Both the position numbers and the translations under genes were made by a program. A DNA stretch of 63,221 bases, the filler included, from Reclinomonas americana ATCC 50394 (Eukaryota), in assembly GCA_048213135.1 (NCBI GenBank). It is 11 parts of 11 records of this genome, joined end to end, with 100 filler letters (N's around TTAATTAATTAA, not from the genome) between each part and the next. Parts side by side here need not be neighbours in the genome. Positions count along the whole stretch, not along the records: positions 10,327 to 19,915 come from AFZH01020381.1; positions 20,016 to 25,091 come from AFZH01020383.1; positions 25,192 to 35,218 come from AFZH01020387.1; 8 more parts are not named here. The stretch is one strand, 5' to 3'. Shown here in pieces: positions 12,783 to 25,280 of the stretch; the stretch's first letter is position 1; every line of letters begins with the position of its first letter. The notes under the pieces were generated by a model. The model was not told the DNA's origin, searched no databases, and worked only from the letters and a program-made list of their open reading frames with translations.

Positions 12783-13738
12783 TTACATGGAGGGCGGTGG
12801 AGAATTTCTGCGATTGAATTCCGCCAGCTGCGCGCATATAGATTTATCACGAGTGAGAAATGATGGAAACGACGAACAATACTGACACACGCGCACCGTG
12901 AGGTCTTCGACCGACACCCGCCGTGCAATCAGTCGCTGCACGACTCGCTCCTCCACACCTCGGCATTCGTGGAAGTTGCAGCCGAAAAAGTCGGAGCGAT
13001 GTGTGCCAATGATACGAGTCGTCACCGCCCTGCGTGCGTGCACACAATCGTCAGCGTCGTTGGATGATTCACAAATAAGCAAGAAGAAAGCGCTCACCGT
13101 GTGGACACTGCAGGCGCGGGCGACTGTCCGCCGCTGCCACTGCCGACCAGAGGCTCGCCCTCTTGGTAATCACCGTCGTCCTCTGGTGACGGAGACGAGC
13201 TGATGGCCACCGCCTGCCGACCCCACACGCGCACCGACATGTCGGCCGAGCCACTGACCAGGAACACGGCATCCAGTGACACGGCCACCGACCACACAGC
13301 GGATGTGTGGCCCTCCAAGAGCAGCAGCTGCGTGTTGTGCTCGAGATTCCAAATGCGCAGCGTGCGATCTGGGCGACAGTGAGTGACGACGAAGAAGGCG
13401 GTGTCGCGCGGGAGGGCAAGCAGACACAAACCCATGGAGCCACTAATGACGTGCTCGCCATCTGGAGCGAACACGGCGGCCGTGACAGCGCGTGTGTGGC
13501 CGACCAGGCGGTTGCGCAGACCGCCGCCCTGGCGATACCACACTCGGACGGTGGAGTCTGTGCAGCGGGGGGGTTGAGTGATGGAAAAGGAGGAGAGAAG
13601 GGACACGAGGGCACGGAGAGAGAAGAGAGAGAGAGAGAGGAGGGAGGGAGGGAGGAAGGGAGGGAGGAAGGGAGGAAGGGAGGAAGGAGCAGGCACACAA
13701 AATTACGGAGAGAAACAGAGCAATACAGGGGGACAAGG

Positions 13739-13781
<43 letters not shown>

Positions 13782-16700
13782 CAGAGCAGGCACAGAGAGA
13801 CACAGGAATACAGAGCAATGCAGGCGAGCAAGTGAAAAGAGAAGGCACACAATTTCACGAAGAGAGAGAGGGAGAGACAGGGAGAGCAAACACAGAGAGC
13901 ACGGGGGGAGAGAGCAGAGAGAGCAAGATAGATAGAGAAGAGGGAAGAGATCGGAGCAGGCACGCAATGGCACAGAGAGAAAGGAAGGGAGAGCAGAGCA
14001 TGCACAGAGAGACGGAGAAAAACAGAGCAATGCAGGCACCAAAGGGCACACAGCGAGCACGTGAGAAGGGCAGGCACATAATGGCACGAAGAGAGAGAGA
14101 GAGAGAACAAGAAAGACACCTTCCGCCTTGCTCACCTGACGACCCACTGGCCACTTGCGTGCCATCGGAATTGAACGCCACAGATGTCACCCAATCCGAG
14201 TGCCCAGTGAAGCGCTGCACCTCGCGGCTATCCTCCATCACCCACACGCGCACAATGCTGTCGCGTGAACCACTGGCGATGAACAGGCCCGAGGGTGATA
14301 GCGCGACGCATTCGACCACGTCGGAGTGCGTGTGGCGTTGCACCTCGCGCCCAGTGTGCACAGACCAGAGGCGGACGGTGCGATCTGCAAAGGAGGAAGA
14401 GCGTTGGATGAGATGTGGCTAAGGGCAGCGCGCGATAGCGTGGCGCCTGCAACCGTGCCATTCCCACACTTAACAACAGCTTTTATCGCATATCTTCGTT
14501 TGTTCCCACTTTTCACATTTTTTTCATCTCTTCATCTGATCCTCACTCAGCCGTCTCTTTCCTCTTCCTTCTCCGTCTTCTCTTGCTCCTTTTCGCTTTC
14601 CATCCTTTCGTATTCCACGTCCCAGCTTTCCTCTATCTCCGATCATTCTCCTGTTTGCCTTCGAACTACATTTCACCCTTCCCTCTGGAACGTGCCTCTA
14701 ATCTCCTCAATGCCTTCTGTCTCGTCTCCTCCATGTTTTTTCTCGCTTCCTCCATGCCTTCTTCTTCTCTGTCTCTCCTCTCGCTGTCTCCTCTCCCTCC
14801 CTCTTCCCTCTGTCCGTCTTGTCTCCCTCTCCCTCTCTCTCTCTCTACTCCCTCCCTTCCCTCCTTCTCCCTCTCCCTCTCCATCACCCCCTCTCTGCCT
14901 CTCCCTCTCCCTCTTTCCCCTCTCCCCCCTCTCTCCCTTTCCCCTCTCATCCTCCTTCTCCCCCTTTCCCCTAATACCCCTTTCCCCCATCTTCCCCATT
15001 TCTACCTCTCGACGCGCTGACCACGGTGGTCCCATCCGGCGAAAACGCCACCGACGTCACGCGATCCGAATGCTGATTGAATTGCAGCACCTCGGTGCCG
15101 CTGAGGCGCGACCACACACGCACCGTGTTGTCGGCACCACCGCTCACCGCGTAGGCGCCCGACGGCGAAAATGCCACACTGGTCACGGCGCCCACATGAC
15201 CGAGGTAGCGATGCAGCAGTGCGCCGGTCTTGGTCGACCAAACGCACACCGACTGGTCGTCCGAGGCCGAGGCCACAAAGCCGCCGTCGCGTGTCAGCGC
15301 CACGCTGCGCACGTCGCCCTTGTGCGACGCCGCCGTCTCGCTGTGCCGGCTCGCCACGCCGTCGTTGCGCGACCACAGGCGAATCGATCTGTCGCGTGAA
15401 GCCGAAATGATGGACAGGCCGTCGGGCAAGAACGCCACGCCAGTGACCGTGTCGCCGTGATCCGAGTACACTTGCACGGCGGTGCCGGTGTGCACCGACC
15501 ACACACGAATAGTGGTGTCGGCCGAGGCGCTGACCACGTAGCGGCCGCACGGCGAGAATGCCACACTCGTCACCCAATCCGAGTGCCCGTTGAATTGCTG
15601 CACTTGCGCCTCGAGCGGACGGCACCACACACGCACCGACAGATCGGCCGAGCCGGTGACCATAAACACACTGTCTTGTGAGAACGCTACGCACGTGACC
15701 ACATCGGTGTGGTCGTCGAGGAGCATCACTTGCTCGCCCTCCATGCTCCACACGCGCACCGACTCGTCGCACGAGGCCGACGCCAGCAGAGTGCCGTCGG
15801 GCGAGAATGCCACCGACTTGACGGCCTCGGTGTGCCCGGTGAATACGCCCAGCAGCTCACCCTCGACCCAATCAAAGAGGCGCACGGCGCCGTCGACTGA
15901 GCCCATGGCCAGTACCGAGTCGTCGGGCGAAAAGCTGACCGTGTGCACCACCGTCGGCGACACGTCGAGTTGCTGTGCCGCCTGTCGTCGCGCCCACGCC
16001 CAACCCCACACGCGCACCGTGCCGTCCAACGACGCACTCGCCACCTGCTGGCCATTGTTGGAAAACGCCACGGAAATCACGTCGGCCGTGTGGCCGCTCA
16101 GCTGCTGCAGCATGCGGCCGGCGCCAATGGACCACACGCGCACCATGCGATCCACGGAGCCGGTGACTGCGTGCCGACCGTCCCGACTCACCGCCAGTGT
16201 GCGAATCGGAGACACGTCGACCGCCAGCGGCACCATGGGGAGCCGCGCCTCGCTGAGCACCGCCCCCTGCATGTCGGCGTGTCGCAAGCAGGCCGCGCTC
16301 AAGTCGACGCCGGTGAAATCCACATCGCGCAGCACCGATGCCGACATGAGTGCCGTCGACAGGCTGGCGTAGGGCACGCGAATGTGGCTGAGGTTTTGGC
16401 CGGCGAACGAGAAGGAGGCGGCGGTGAGGACTGCGGAGGGGGAAAGGGAGAAGGGGGAAGGGGGAAGGGGGAGAAAGGGAAGGGGGGAAGGTGGGTGAGG
16501 AGGGGGGGAGAAGGGGGTGAAGGAAGAAGGGAGAGAGCACACGCAGGAGAGCGAGTCTGAAGACACACATAGGTGAGCGAGTCAGAGAGCACACGCAAGT
16601 GAGCAAATCAAGCAAATACAAGTGTACGAGGAGAGCATACCCAAGTGTGTGAGTAAGTGAGCACGCAAGTGAGCGAGTTAAAGCAACATGCATTGGGCGA

Positions 16701-19700
16701 GTCAGAGAACCCACGCAAATGAACGAGTCAGAAAGCACATGCACATGAGCGAGTCAGAGAGCACACGCAAATGAAAACACAAGCAAATGAGCGAGTCAGA
16801 GCACATGCATGTGAGAGAGACATAAGTTCTCCCATGTCGCCCTCACCAGACACTGCATTCGAGCCGGCATGGTTCAGCAGCTTCACACGATTCGCATCAC
16901 GAGTGGCCATCAGCACGGCCAGCAACTGCTCGCCGGTGGGACTCAGTGCGCCAGTCTCGCCATCCCACACAAAATCGGCCATGAATGAAATCACAGAGGG
17001 CTGCCCACATCAACGAAGTGAGCAAGAAACACCGAGGCTGTTCTTTTGGGATGACAATGCAACTTCAGAAGTGAGCAAGCGGTGCCCCAGTAATGACTTG
17101 CCAAGCTTCTCATCGTGCACCGTTTGATTCTGTGATGGAAACAAAGTGAGCACACAAGAATGAGAAGAAAGCAGCACGAGTCATGCGCACCCGCGATGGC
17201 GATGGAGGAACGCTGGATCGATCGCCCAGTACGCTGGTGCCCCACTCGCGGAGCGACTCGATGCAGCTCTCTGCTGCAAAGTACTCCATGAATGAGCGGT
17301 GCTGGAAGCGCAAGTAATCGGTGGTGCCTTGCAACAGAGCCTGCGTTTTGACAAAGGTCAGCCAACAATCACACAAATACTCTTCCTCTCTCACTTCCCC
17401 TGCATCCCGTCGCTCACCGCACGACACAGCAATTGCATGCGCTCCACATCGGGCCAGCAGTGCACGGCCCAGACCACTCGTGAGTCCTGTGCGGCACGCA
17501 GGTAGAGCGGCGCCACTTCTGCCGTGTCGGGAGACGATTGCGCTTGCTCCATCCGCCCAATGTCGGCATCGGCCTGATGATGGAGGAGAGAAGGTGTGAG
17601 GACTTAAGGTGCTCGGACCACTCACGAAGAACAGCGCGTACCGTTCGCTGCACCGCCGACACGCCAATCTTGCACATTTCGGCGGCGAGGCTCACACAAA
17701 ACGCATGCAGCACCGAGTGAAAATCGGAGTCGGGTGGGAAGGTCTGCGATCATGCAGTGAGCAGGAGAGCACACAGAATGAAACAACGCTCTCTCTGCCT
17801 CACCCTTTGAAAATCGGCTGGTGACTCCTTGACGTGGAAACCAAACCACCACTCGACAAAAGCGCCATAAATGTCGGCGCGTGACAGGTTGCGATGCTCG
17901 AGATACGGTACCGTGGCGCCCAGTTGCTGGAGAGTGTGCACGCTCATGTTCAAAAGCAGCGGCTGTGCGGGATGATTCGGTGAGTGCATATTGAGGCAAA
18001 GGGGGAACGAGAATCACCGCACCGTTCCCATGTGGTCGTCGAGGCCCGGTACTTCCAGCATCTCCCGCTTAAAGTCGTTCCAGTTGGACTCGAGCAATCT
18101 GTACAGCAGCAGAGTGAGAAAATGACAAAGATGACGAGCACTAGAAGGGCTCCACCAAACTCTTGCAGAAAATTATCAATCTGATTGGTGACCATTGGTC
18201 GCAGCACGCACAGCGACGTCGGTGCCAGTCGAGACCACCAATCGTCGTGCAACGCCAGCCACTCGCGGCGACACGAGGTGACCAACAATGCGTTCTTGAC
18301 GGACTATTCGCACAAGCACAGTGAACACAAGAGGGCACGTGAGGGGGAGACTACGTGTTGGCGCAACTTGCAGCTGGTGGAACTCGGCAATGTTGAGGAG
18401 AGGAATGCTCCCGCGACCGGCAGCGTCTGGTGGCATCGGCAGCTCATCGTAGCCGTCGAGCAGGAGGAGCAGCGACCATCCGTGCGATGTCAGTTGACTT
18501 GCCTATGTGTAGAATGGTCAACAGAGGGCCGACCAGAACTCCACACAACACACTCACTCACTCACTAAGACACACACGCACACACAGACTTTCTCTCTCT
18601 CTTCCTCACTCCCTCGCACGCACAGGTGGTCGACGGGCTGACATGCATTGCAACAACAAAATGAAGACGCACCTCGCTCTCCGTGAGACCATGCTGATTG
18701 AGCAGGTAGGGCAGGAGCTGACCGCGCTGCGACATGATCCGGAAGGGAACTGTGGCGAGGCGGACGTACAGCGGCAGAGTGCGCCCGAGCTCCCACGCCT
18801 TCACCACCATGCCGCGCATGAGCGTGCTCTTGCCGCTGCCGGACCAGCCGACGAGGAGCATGTTCTGCAGAAGGCAAAGGAGGTCAGGAAGAAGGAGGAC
18901 GGAGAAAGGGGAAGGGGAGGCAGAGGGGAGGAAGGAGAGGTGAGGGGAAGGAGAAAAAGGTAGAGGGATGAAGGCACAGGGAGAAGGAGGGAAGGCGGAG
19001 AAAGACACGAACGTGGAGAGTGACACGAACGTGGAGAGTGACACGAACGCGGAGAGTGACACGAACGTGGAGAGTGACACGAACGTGGAGAGTGACACGA
19101 ACGTGGAGAGTGACACGAACGTGGAGAGTGACACGAACATGGAGAGTGACACGAACTTGGAGAGTGACACGAACAGGGAGAGTGACACGAACAGGGAGAG
19201 TGACACGAACAGGGAGAGTGACACGAACAGGGAGAGTGACACAAACGTGACGGATAACACGAAGGCGGAGAATGACACGAACTTGGAGAGTGACACGAAC
19301 GTGGAGAGTGACACGAACGTGGAGAGTGACAACGAAGGCGGCGAGTGACACGAACGTGGAGAGTGAAACGAAGGCGGAGAGTGACACGCAGGTGGAGAGT
19401 GACACAAACGTGGAGAGTGACACGATGGTGGAGAGACACGAACTTGGAAAATAACACGCAGGTGGAGAGTGACACAAGGTGGAGAGTGACATGAAGGTGG
19501 AGAGGGACACAAACGTGGAGAATGACTCGAACGTGGAGAGTGACACGCATGTGGAGAGTCACACGAATGTGGAAAGTGACACGAGTTGCGCAGTTCAATC
19601 TCCCTTCGCCCCCCACCTGCGCCCCGCAAGAGACTCACCGTATCAGCCTGCTTTTTCCTTGAAATAAAGTCAGCGACGCACTCATTGACGGGAATCGCAG

Positions 19701-19915
19701 TCGCCGGCCGCGTATTGTACTCATCCAGACTAGCGTGTGCCAGCAACGGAACCTGCACACAGAAAAACATAAGACCACTTTCCCCACTCTCCTCCTTCTC
19801 CTTCTCCTCTCCACGCAACTGTGCACCCAAACGCCACACGATTCAACTCGGTCGTGTCCGCCTGCAACGCCGCCTGCAGCGCACTCGCATGCAAACTCGC
19901 CAGCTTCTCCGCCAA
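12783..19915 (-). CDS. NACHT NTPase - pentapeptide repeat - 14x WD40 protein (NLR/STAND-like); 5' end lost in the linker
   Basis: Walker A LLVGWSGSGKST (~18830) and Walker B LLLLDGYDE (~18450). Also VLVTSCR, QPLLL, IYGAFVEWW and the winged-helix motif YLRFQHRSFMEYFAAE. These are followed by pentapeptide-like FAGQNLSHIRVPYASLSTALMSASVLRDVDFTGVDLSAACL and 14 WD40 repeats (GHxxxVxSVAFSPDG...SxDxTVRVW). Predicted stop at 12783. Confidence 0.9.
19003..19585. repeat. Intronic 18-bp minisatellite (GTGACACGAACGTGGAGA)n, ~30 copies, in the NACHT gene
   Basis: Directly visible tandem array that degenerates toward 19585. Confidence 0.95.
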
Positions 19916-20015
19916 NNNNNNNNNNNNNNNNNNNNNNNNNNNNNNNNNNNNNNNNNNNNTTAATTAATTAANNNNNNNNNNNNNNNNNNNNNNNNNNNNN
20001 NNNNNNNNNNNNNNN

Positions 20016-21740
20016 GAAGGGAGAAGGGGAAGGGGAAGGGAGAAGAGGATGGGAGAAGGGAGAAGGCAGATGGGAGATGGGAGAAGGGATATGGGAGATG
20101 GGAGAAGGGGAAGGGGAAGGGAGAGAGAAAGATAGAGAGCGAGCGAGAGAGGGAAAGAGAAAGAGAGAACGAAAGAGAAAGATAGGGAGAGCGAGAGAAG
20201 ATAAGCAACGTGGTGCAAAAAGAACTTGAGGAGCACGATTGGACAACAAAAGGCAACATTGAATAAAAAGGACAAGAAAAAGGGCGAGAAACAGAAGATA
20301 GCAAGCCCTTCTCCCACACTCCCTTCGAATTCCCCCCACGTGGACGCAACTTGCCACACATATAGTACACGCCCGGCGACGCCAGCATGCACGAGCCAGT
20401 GGCCGTCGCACCCAACGCACCCTGCGCAAACGAGGCACCAGTGGCCACCGAGAACACCGCTTGCTGACCAGACGGGTCGCTGGACTGCAGAGAAGCGCTT
20501 GAATTCACAGCCGGCGATCCGCTGCAATCGGCGGCCGCGTACAAGCCGAACGAGCCACCGGCGCCCAGTTGACGATTGGCAAAGTGCTGGCCGGCCACTG
20601 TCAGGCGATAGTCGGCGAGACCGTTAACCAGCTGCGGCGAACGGCTCACGGCGCTGATGGAGTCTGTGGAGGCGAGGAGAGAAAGAAGGAGAAGGAGAAT
20701 GGAGGAGAGAATGAGCGCAAGGCCAACATAATGGAAAGGGTGGGTATGCGGCATGATGGAGACGCAACAGACAAACACAGTGGCCACAAACTCGTTGCGT
20801 GCGGCGGTGCCGGCACCGTCCACGTCGATGCACAGGTACCGCTCACCGCCATTGGCGTCAGCCGACGCATCAAAGGTGAGCGAGGCAGCAGCGTTGGAGT
20901 TGACAACACTGGTCGGCGACACGCCCGTGCACGAGCGATCGAGGAAGAGAGTGGCAGTGGAGGCAGTCGACCAGGCAATGGCCGAGCCACTGACACTAAT
21001 GTCGACGATCTGACCAGCGGTGCCGGCCTTGATGGCGATGTTGGAGGGCGAGATGACTTGCGGAGAGGGAAAACAAGATTGGGCGCGAAAAATCTTTAGT
21101 GACATGTGCGTTCACCCAACGGTCAATGCTTTCGCGCCCATGGGGCTCGGAAATAGGCAGATGAGGATGCGACGGAGAGAGAGAGGGAGGGAGAGAGGGA
21201 AGAGGGGAAGAGAGAAAGAGGTGCAACGTGAGGTGAGCAAAGAGAGGGGAGAGAGAGAGAGCGAGAGAGAAAGGGACAAAGTGGGGGCAGCTACAGATGC
21301 ACATGCAGAGTCGCAAACACAAGGAGAAGAAGCGAGTGTGAGAGTGAGAGAAACCAAGATACTGCAGCACTGTCGTCGTGCGCAGCAAAGTGAGAGCGCC
21401 AGCATAAAGATCTAGATATGAACATCCGAGTCAAACACTGCACGTGGAGCACAAGATGTGCCTCTCTCAAGTACACACACACACGCACATGTGTGAGACT
21501 GTTGAGAATAAAGTGCAAACGAGGAAAACAAGTGAAAAGAGAAAAAAGCGCGCGCAAAACCGTTTGGTTGCGAACAAACCCTGAATCGGCAGAGTGTGTG
21601 TGGCCTGTGCGTGAGAGAGAGTGTGTGTGTGTGTGTGTACACTCACTTGCAGCTGCAGCTGTGCTGCACAGCACAGTGAGGGACAGCAGTGCGATGAGGC
21701 ACAGCGCAGTGGTGGAGCGGACAAGAGTGGGAGCTGACAT
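20016..21740 (-). CDS. Secreted or cell-surface protein with a signal peptide and at least two Cys-containing beta-rich (IPT/TIG-like) repeats; 3' end lost in the linker
   Basis: Exon 1 MSAPTLVRSTTALCLIALLSLTVLCSTAAAA splices in frame (phase 1) to IISPSNIAIKAG...LFLDRSCTG...ERYLCIDVDG. The next unit reads ISAVSRSPQLVNG...GLYAAADCSG...GVYYMC. Confidence 0.65.
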
Positions 21741-22450
21741 GTTGTTGCCCTCCTGTGCGCACGCGCGAGAGTGGTGAGAGAGAGGCACATGCACGATGGT
21801 GGTGTGCGTGTGTGCGTGTGTGTGAGGGAGAAAAGAGAGAGAGACACACACACACAAGCTTGAGAGAGACGAACATCAAGAGATACCAACAAGCAGTCAG
21901 TGGAAAAGGAAAGCAGGGTGCGACACAGAAGAGAGTGGAGGCACAGAGGAGGCTGTCAAGAGGGACGCAAGAGACAAGCGACATGGCGAGTGCTCACCGA
22001 GAGAGACTGAAAAAATAGTGCTGTGTGCGCCGATCGATCGGTCTGATATCTGTGAAAGTGTATCGCAGCGCAGTCTCCGCACCGGGAATTACAAACGACA
22101 GCAATGCATCATACACCATCTGAGACATCACTAACATACAGCAAAACTGCAAGATTTCGGGGTTCGTTTCTCTTCATCACTCAATTCTTCTCGCTTGCAC
22201 CGTCGTCCACCATCTTCACTCTATCGCACAAACTCATCCCTTCTGACCCTCCACGCCCTGTGTGTGCATCAAGCGAACATGCAATCCTCACCCCCTCTTC
22301 TCACCCCCATTAGTGCTCTCTTTCTCGCTCCCTCAGTCTCCATCCGTGGACCTTTCTTCAGCCTCTTGACTTTGAAATGAATGGTACAAACTCTTCCTCC
22401 CACTCTCGACACGTAAATGCCACTCACCTTTTTACACCGCCCCTGCTCTT

Positions 22451-22735
22451 CGAAACACATTGCACGAACTCACCGTTTGCTCTTTTCCCCCACTATCTTC
22501 CTCCATGTCCGCACCCTGACTCGCTCCCTTGTTAACAAAGCAGCTGCTCACACCCATCGCACGAAGTTACAATCCTCTCATTGCCTTTCTTCCTTCCCAC
22601 CCTTGTCCCCATCATTCTGCTGGTCGAAACGCATTGCACGGACTCACCGTTTGCTCTTTTCCCGCACTATCTTCCTCCATGTCCGCACCCTGACTCGCTC
22701 CCTTGTTAACAAAGCAGCTGCTCACACCCACCGCA
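22451..22735. repeat. ~110-bp direct repeat, 2 near-identical copies (22451-22561, 22625-22735)
   Basis: cgaaac(a/g)cattgcacg(a/g)actcaccgtttgctc...gctgctcacaccca occurs twice in intergenic DNA. Confidence 0.9.
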
Positions 22736-23151
22736 TGGCCTTTCTTCCTTTCAACCCTTGTCCACGTCATGCTGCTCTTCGAATGCGTTGCAGGAACTCA
22801 TAGAGTCCTTCCTTCCCTTCTCCACCTTCCTCATCCTCTCGACATCTGTGCATGCACCATCCCTCCTCAGAATGAATGGTACACACCACCATCCTCCCAT
22901 TCTCGACGCATAAATAACCCCCATCTCTTCACAAACTATGTGCACAAACTCACCATGCTCTCTCGCTCGCTTGCTTATTCTCCACTTTTTATCAGCGGCA
23001 CAAACTCGCCATCCCCTCATTCCCATATCTCCCCTCTTCCCCACCAACCAAAATACACACCACTCATCGCTTTACACCACTCCCGCTCTCCCACATACCA
23101 TCGCACTCTCGCACTCTCTCTCTCTCTCTCCCTCTCTCTCCCTTCTCACTC

Positions 23152-24560
23152 TCACACAAGCACCCCTCTCAAATCGTCTCGCCAGGCTTGCACATCGGCG
23201 AGCGGGTGGCCACCATACCGCCACGCAGTCCCGTCTTGAGGAAGGGCGCATTCTGTGCTCGTGTAAGCTCACCCCACTTGGTGCTGCCGTCGGGCTTGCG
23301 ATTGGCGGCGGCCTCACTGTGCAATTCAAGAAGAAAAAAAAAGGCAGCGGTATGAGTGGTGGGAGGGACATGGGGTGGGCTGTGTGGGAAGAGACGCAAC
23401 ATGGCGGCACGTCGCAGCTGCTCCTCCTCGAAAGACACTTGAGCAGTCGTCTTGTACGGATCGAACTCGGCAATCTCTGTCCACTCTCTCTGTGTGCGTG
23501 CGCGCGATGATGAGCGACAGTCAAGGAGCGGGGCGGGGAGCGGAGGGCGCAACTCTCTTCTTCTCCAGCGTTTGTGTGCGCAGAGGCGAGTCCACAGGCG
23601 CTAATCAAGGAGGGTGAGAGACAGGCAGGCAGCAGTGCAGTGGCAGGCGAGATTAGCATGTACCATCGAGGGCGAGGGAAGGGCGCACGTTGCGATCAAT
23701 CGTCAGCTCCTTCAGGCTGACATGGCTGGTGGCCTCGACGTCGTGACCGTGGCCAAACAGTTGCTCACGGGGCATGTCTGCAGGGGTGGAGGAGGAGGTG
23801 GTCAGCAAAACTGCATTCTCTGATTCCGTGCCTTCGGACCCATGTGACTCACCAGTGGCCGGCTCAATGTGCGCACGCAGTGACGTGCCCTGCGACAGGT
23901 CCTGGTACTTGTTGGTGAAGTCGACCTTGGCCGTCGACATCATCGCCTGCGGCTGCAAAGTGGAGGCGATGAGCACTATAGAAGGGGAAGGAAGAGGACG
24001 GATAGGAAGGGAAGGGAGGTGATCAAACACAGAGTACAACAGATTGGAGACTGAGATCATGTTCTTGTTTGCAGCTTGTATGTGCACATAAATAGAGGAA
24101 GAGGAAGAGGAAGGGCGTTGGCGGGAAGGAGGAGGACGGCAGGAGCGGAAGGTAAGGGAACTGATCAAACGACGAGAACAACAGATTGGAGACCGAGATC
24201 ATGTTCCTGTATGCAGCTAGCAAGTGCACACACAAAGAGAGGAAGAGGAAGGGCGTTGGCGGGAGGAGGAGGACGGCAGAAGGGGAACGGGTAGGGAACT
24301 GATCATCCAAAGAGACAACAGATTGGAGACTGAGATCATGTTCTTGTTTGACAAGACGGGGAAGGAAGAGGAATGGCATTGGAGAGATGTCTCAAGCAGG
24401 ATGAGTGAGCGAACAGGAGAAAGCAGGACTGAAACGACCAGGTTGAGAACAGCACGAGCATTTGTGAGAGCAAGTCATAAGCGCGAGTGGCCATGAAGAG
24501 AACAGAATGCAAGCAGCCGCTGGGAGACGAGGGGAAAATATCACCAGGAGCTCCTTCGCT
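23152..24560 (-). CDS. Hypothetical multi-exon protein (5' end uncertain)
   Basis: Spliced exons PQAMMSTAKVDFTNKYQDLSQGTSLRAHIEPAT / DMPREQLFGHGHDVEATSHVSLKELTIDRN / EWTEIAEFDPYKTTAQVSFEEEQLRR / ECALPQDGTAWRYGGHPLADVQAWRDDLRGVLV*. GT-AG boundaries and coding-like composition, but no family recognised. Confidence 0.5.
24020..24352. repeat. Intronic ~140-bp tandem repeat, ~3 copies
   Basis: acagattggagac(t/c)gagatcatgttc(t/c)tgt recurs at ~24040, ~24181 and ~24318. Confidence 0.85.
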
Positions 24561-25012
24561 GAAAACTCTCGCACACATGCGTTCTTCTCAAATCCTCTGT
24601 TCTTCCCGCACGACCATTCCTTCCTCGCCCATTCGCCTGTGTTCTTCGGATGATCTCTTCATCTCGTTTGTCGATCGATATCTCTGAGTGCTGTTGTGCA
24701 ACATGTGCGCGTGTGTGCATGAACTGCCGCTGTGAATTCACCCATACGCGTGTCGTGTTCTCACAACTTGGACGTTTCTCATTGGTCTCTTGCTCCCGTG
24801 CTCGCCTTCTGAGTTCCATCTCTCATACAGAGAAACAAACAAGTGATGGCATGTGTTCTCTGTCTGTGTTCTCAATCCTTGAATGTTCTCTTCGTCTCTC
24901 GCATCCGCTGTCATCACGCTTCCTGGTGTAACTCATCTCTGACAGTGTTAGCATGACCTGTCCCGTCCACTGCCCTTTCCCACTCCCTCTCACCTCTCTC
25001 TCGCCCTCTCTG

Positions 25013-25091
<79 letters not shown>

Positions 25092-25280
25092 NNNNNNNNN
25101 NNNNNNNNNNNNNNNNNNNNNNNNNNNNNNNNNNNTTAATTAATTAANNNNNNNNNNNNNNNNNNNNNNNNNNNNNNNNNNNNNNNNNNNNCTTCCTCCC
25201 CCTTCCTCCCCCTTCCTCCCCCCTTTCCCCCCTTCCCCCCTTCCCCTCTCACCCTTCTCCTTCCCTCCGCCCTCTCCGCA

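Noticed and set aside
18565..19839. Repeat-protein ORFs (VSLSTF / VTLHVR / ESDTNV)n
   Set aside because: Translations of an 18-bp intronic minisatellite that is open in several frames; the flanking NACHT exons splice around it.
19730..21740. Fusing the signal-peptide/Ig-like gene to the NACHT-WD40 gene as one transmembrane receptor
   Set aside because: Same strand, but separated by a linker of unknown true length, with no TM segment or other linking evidence visible.
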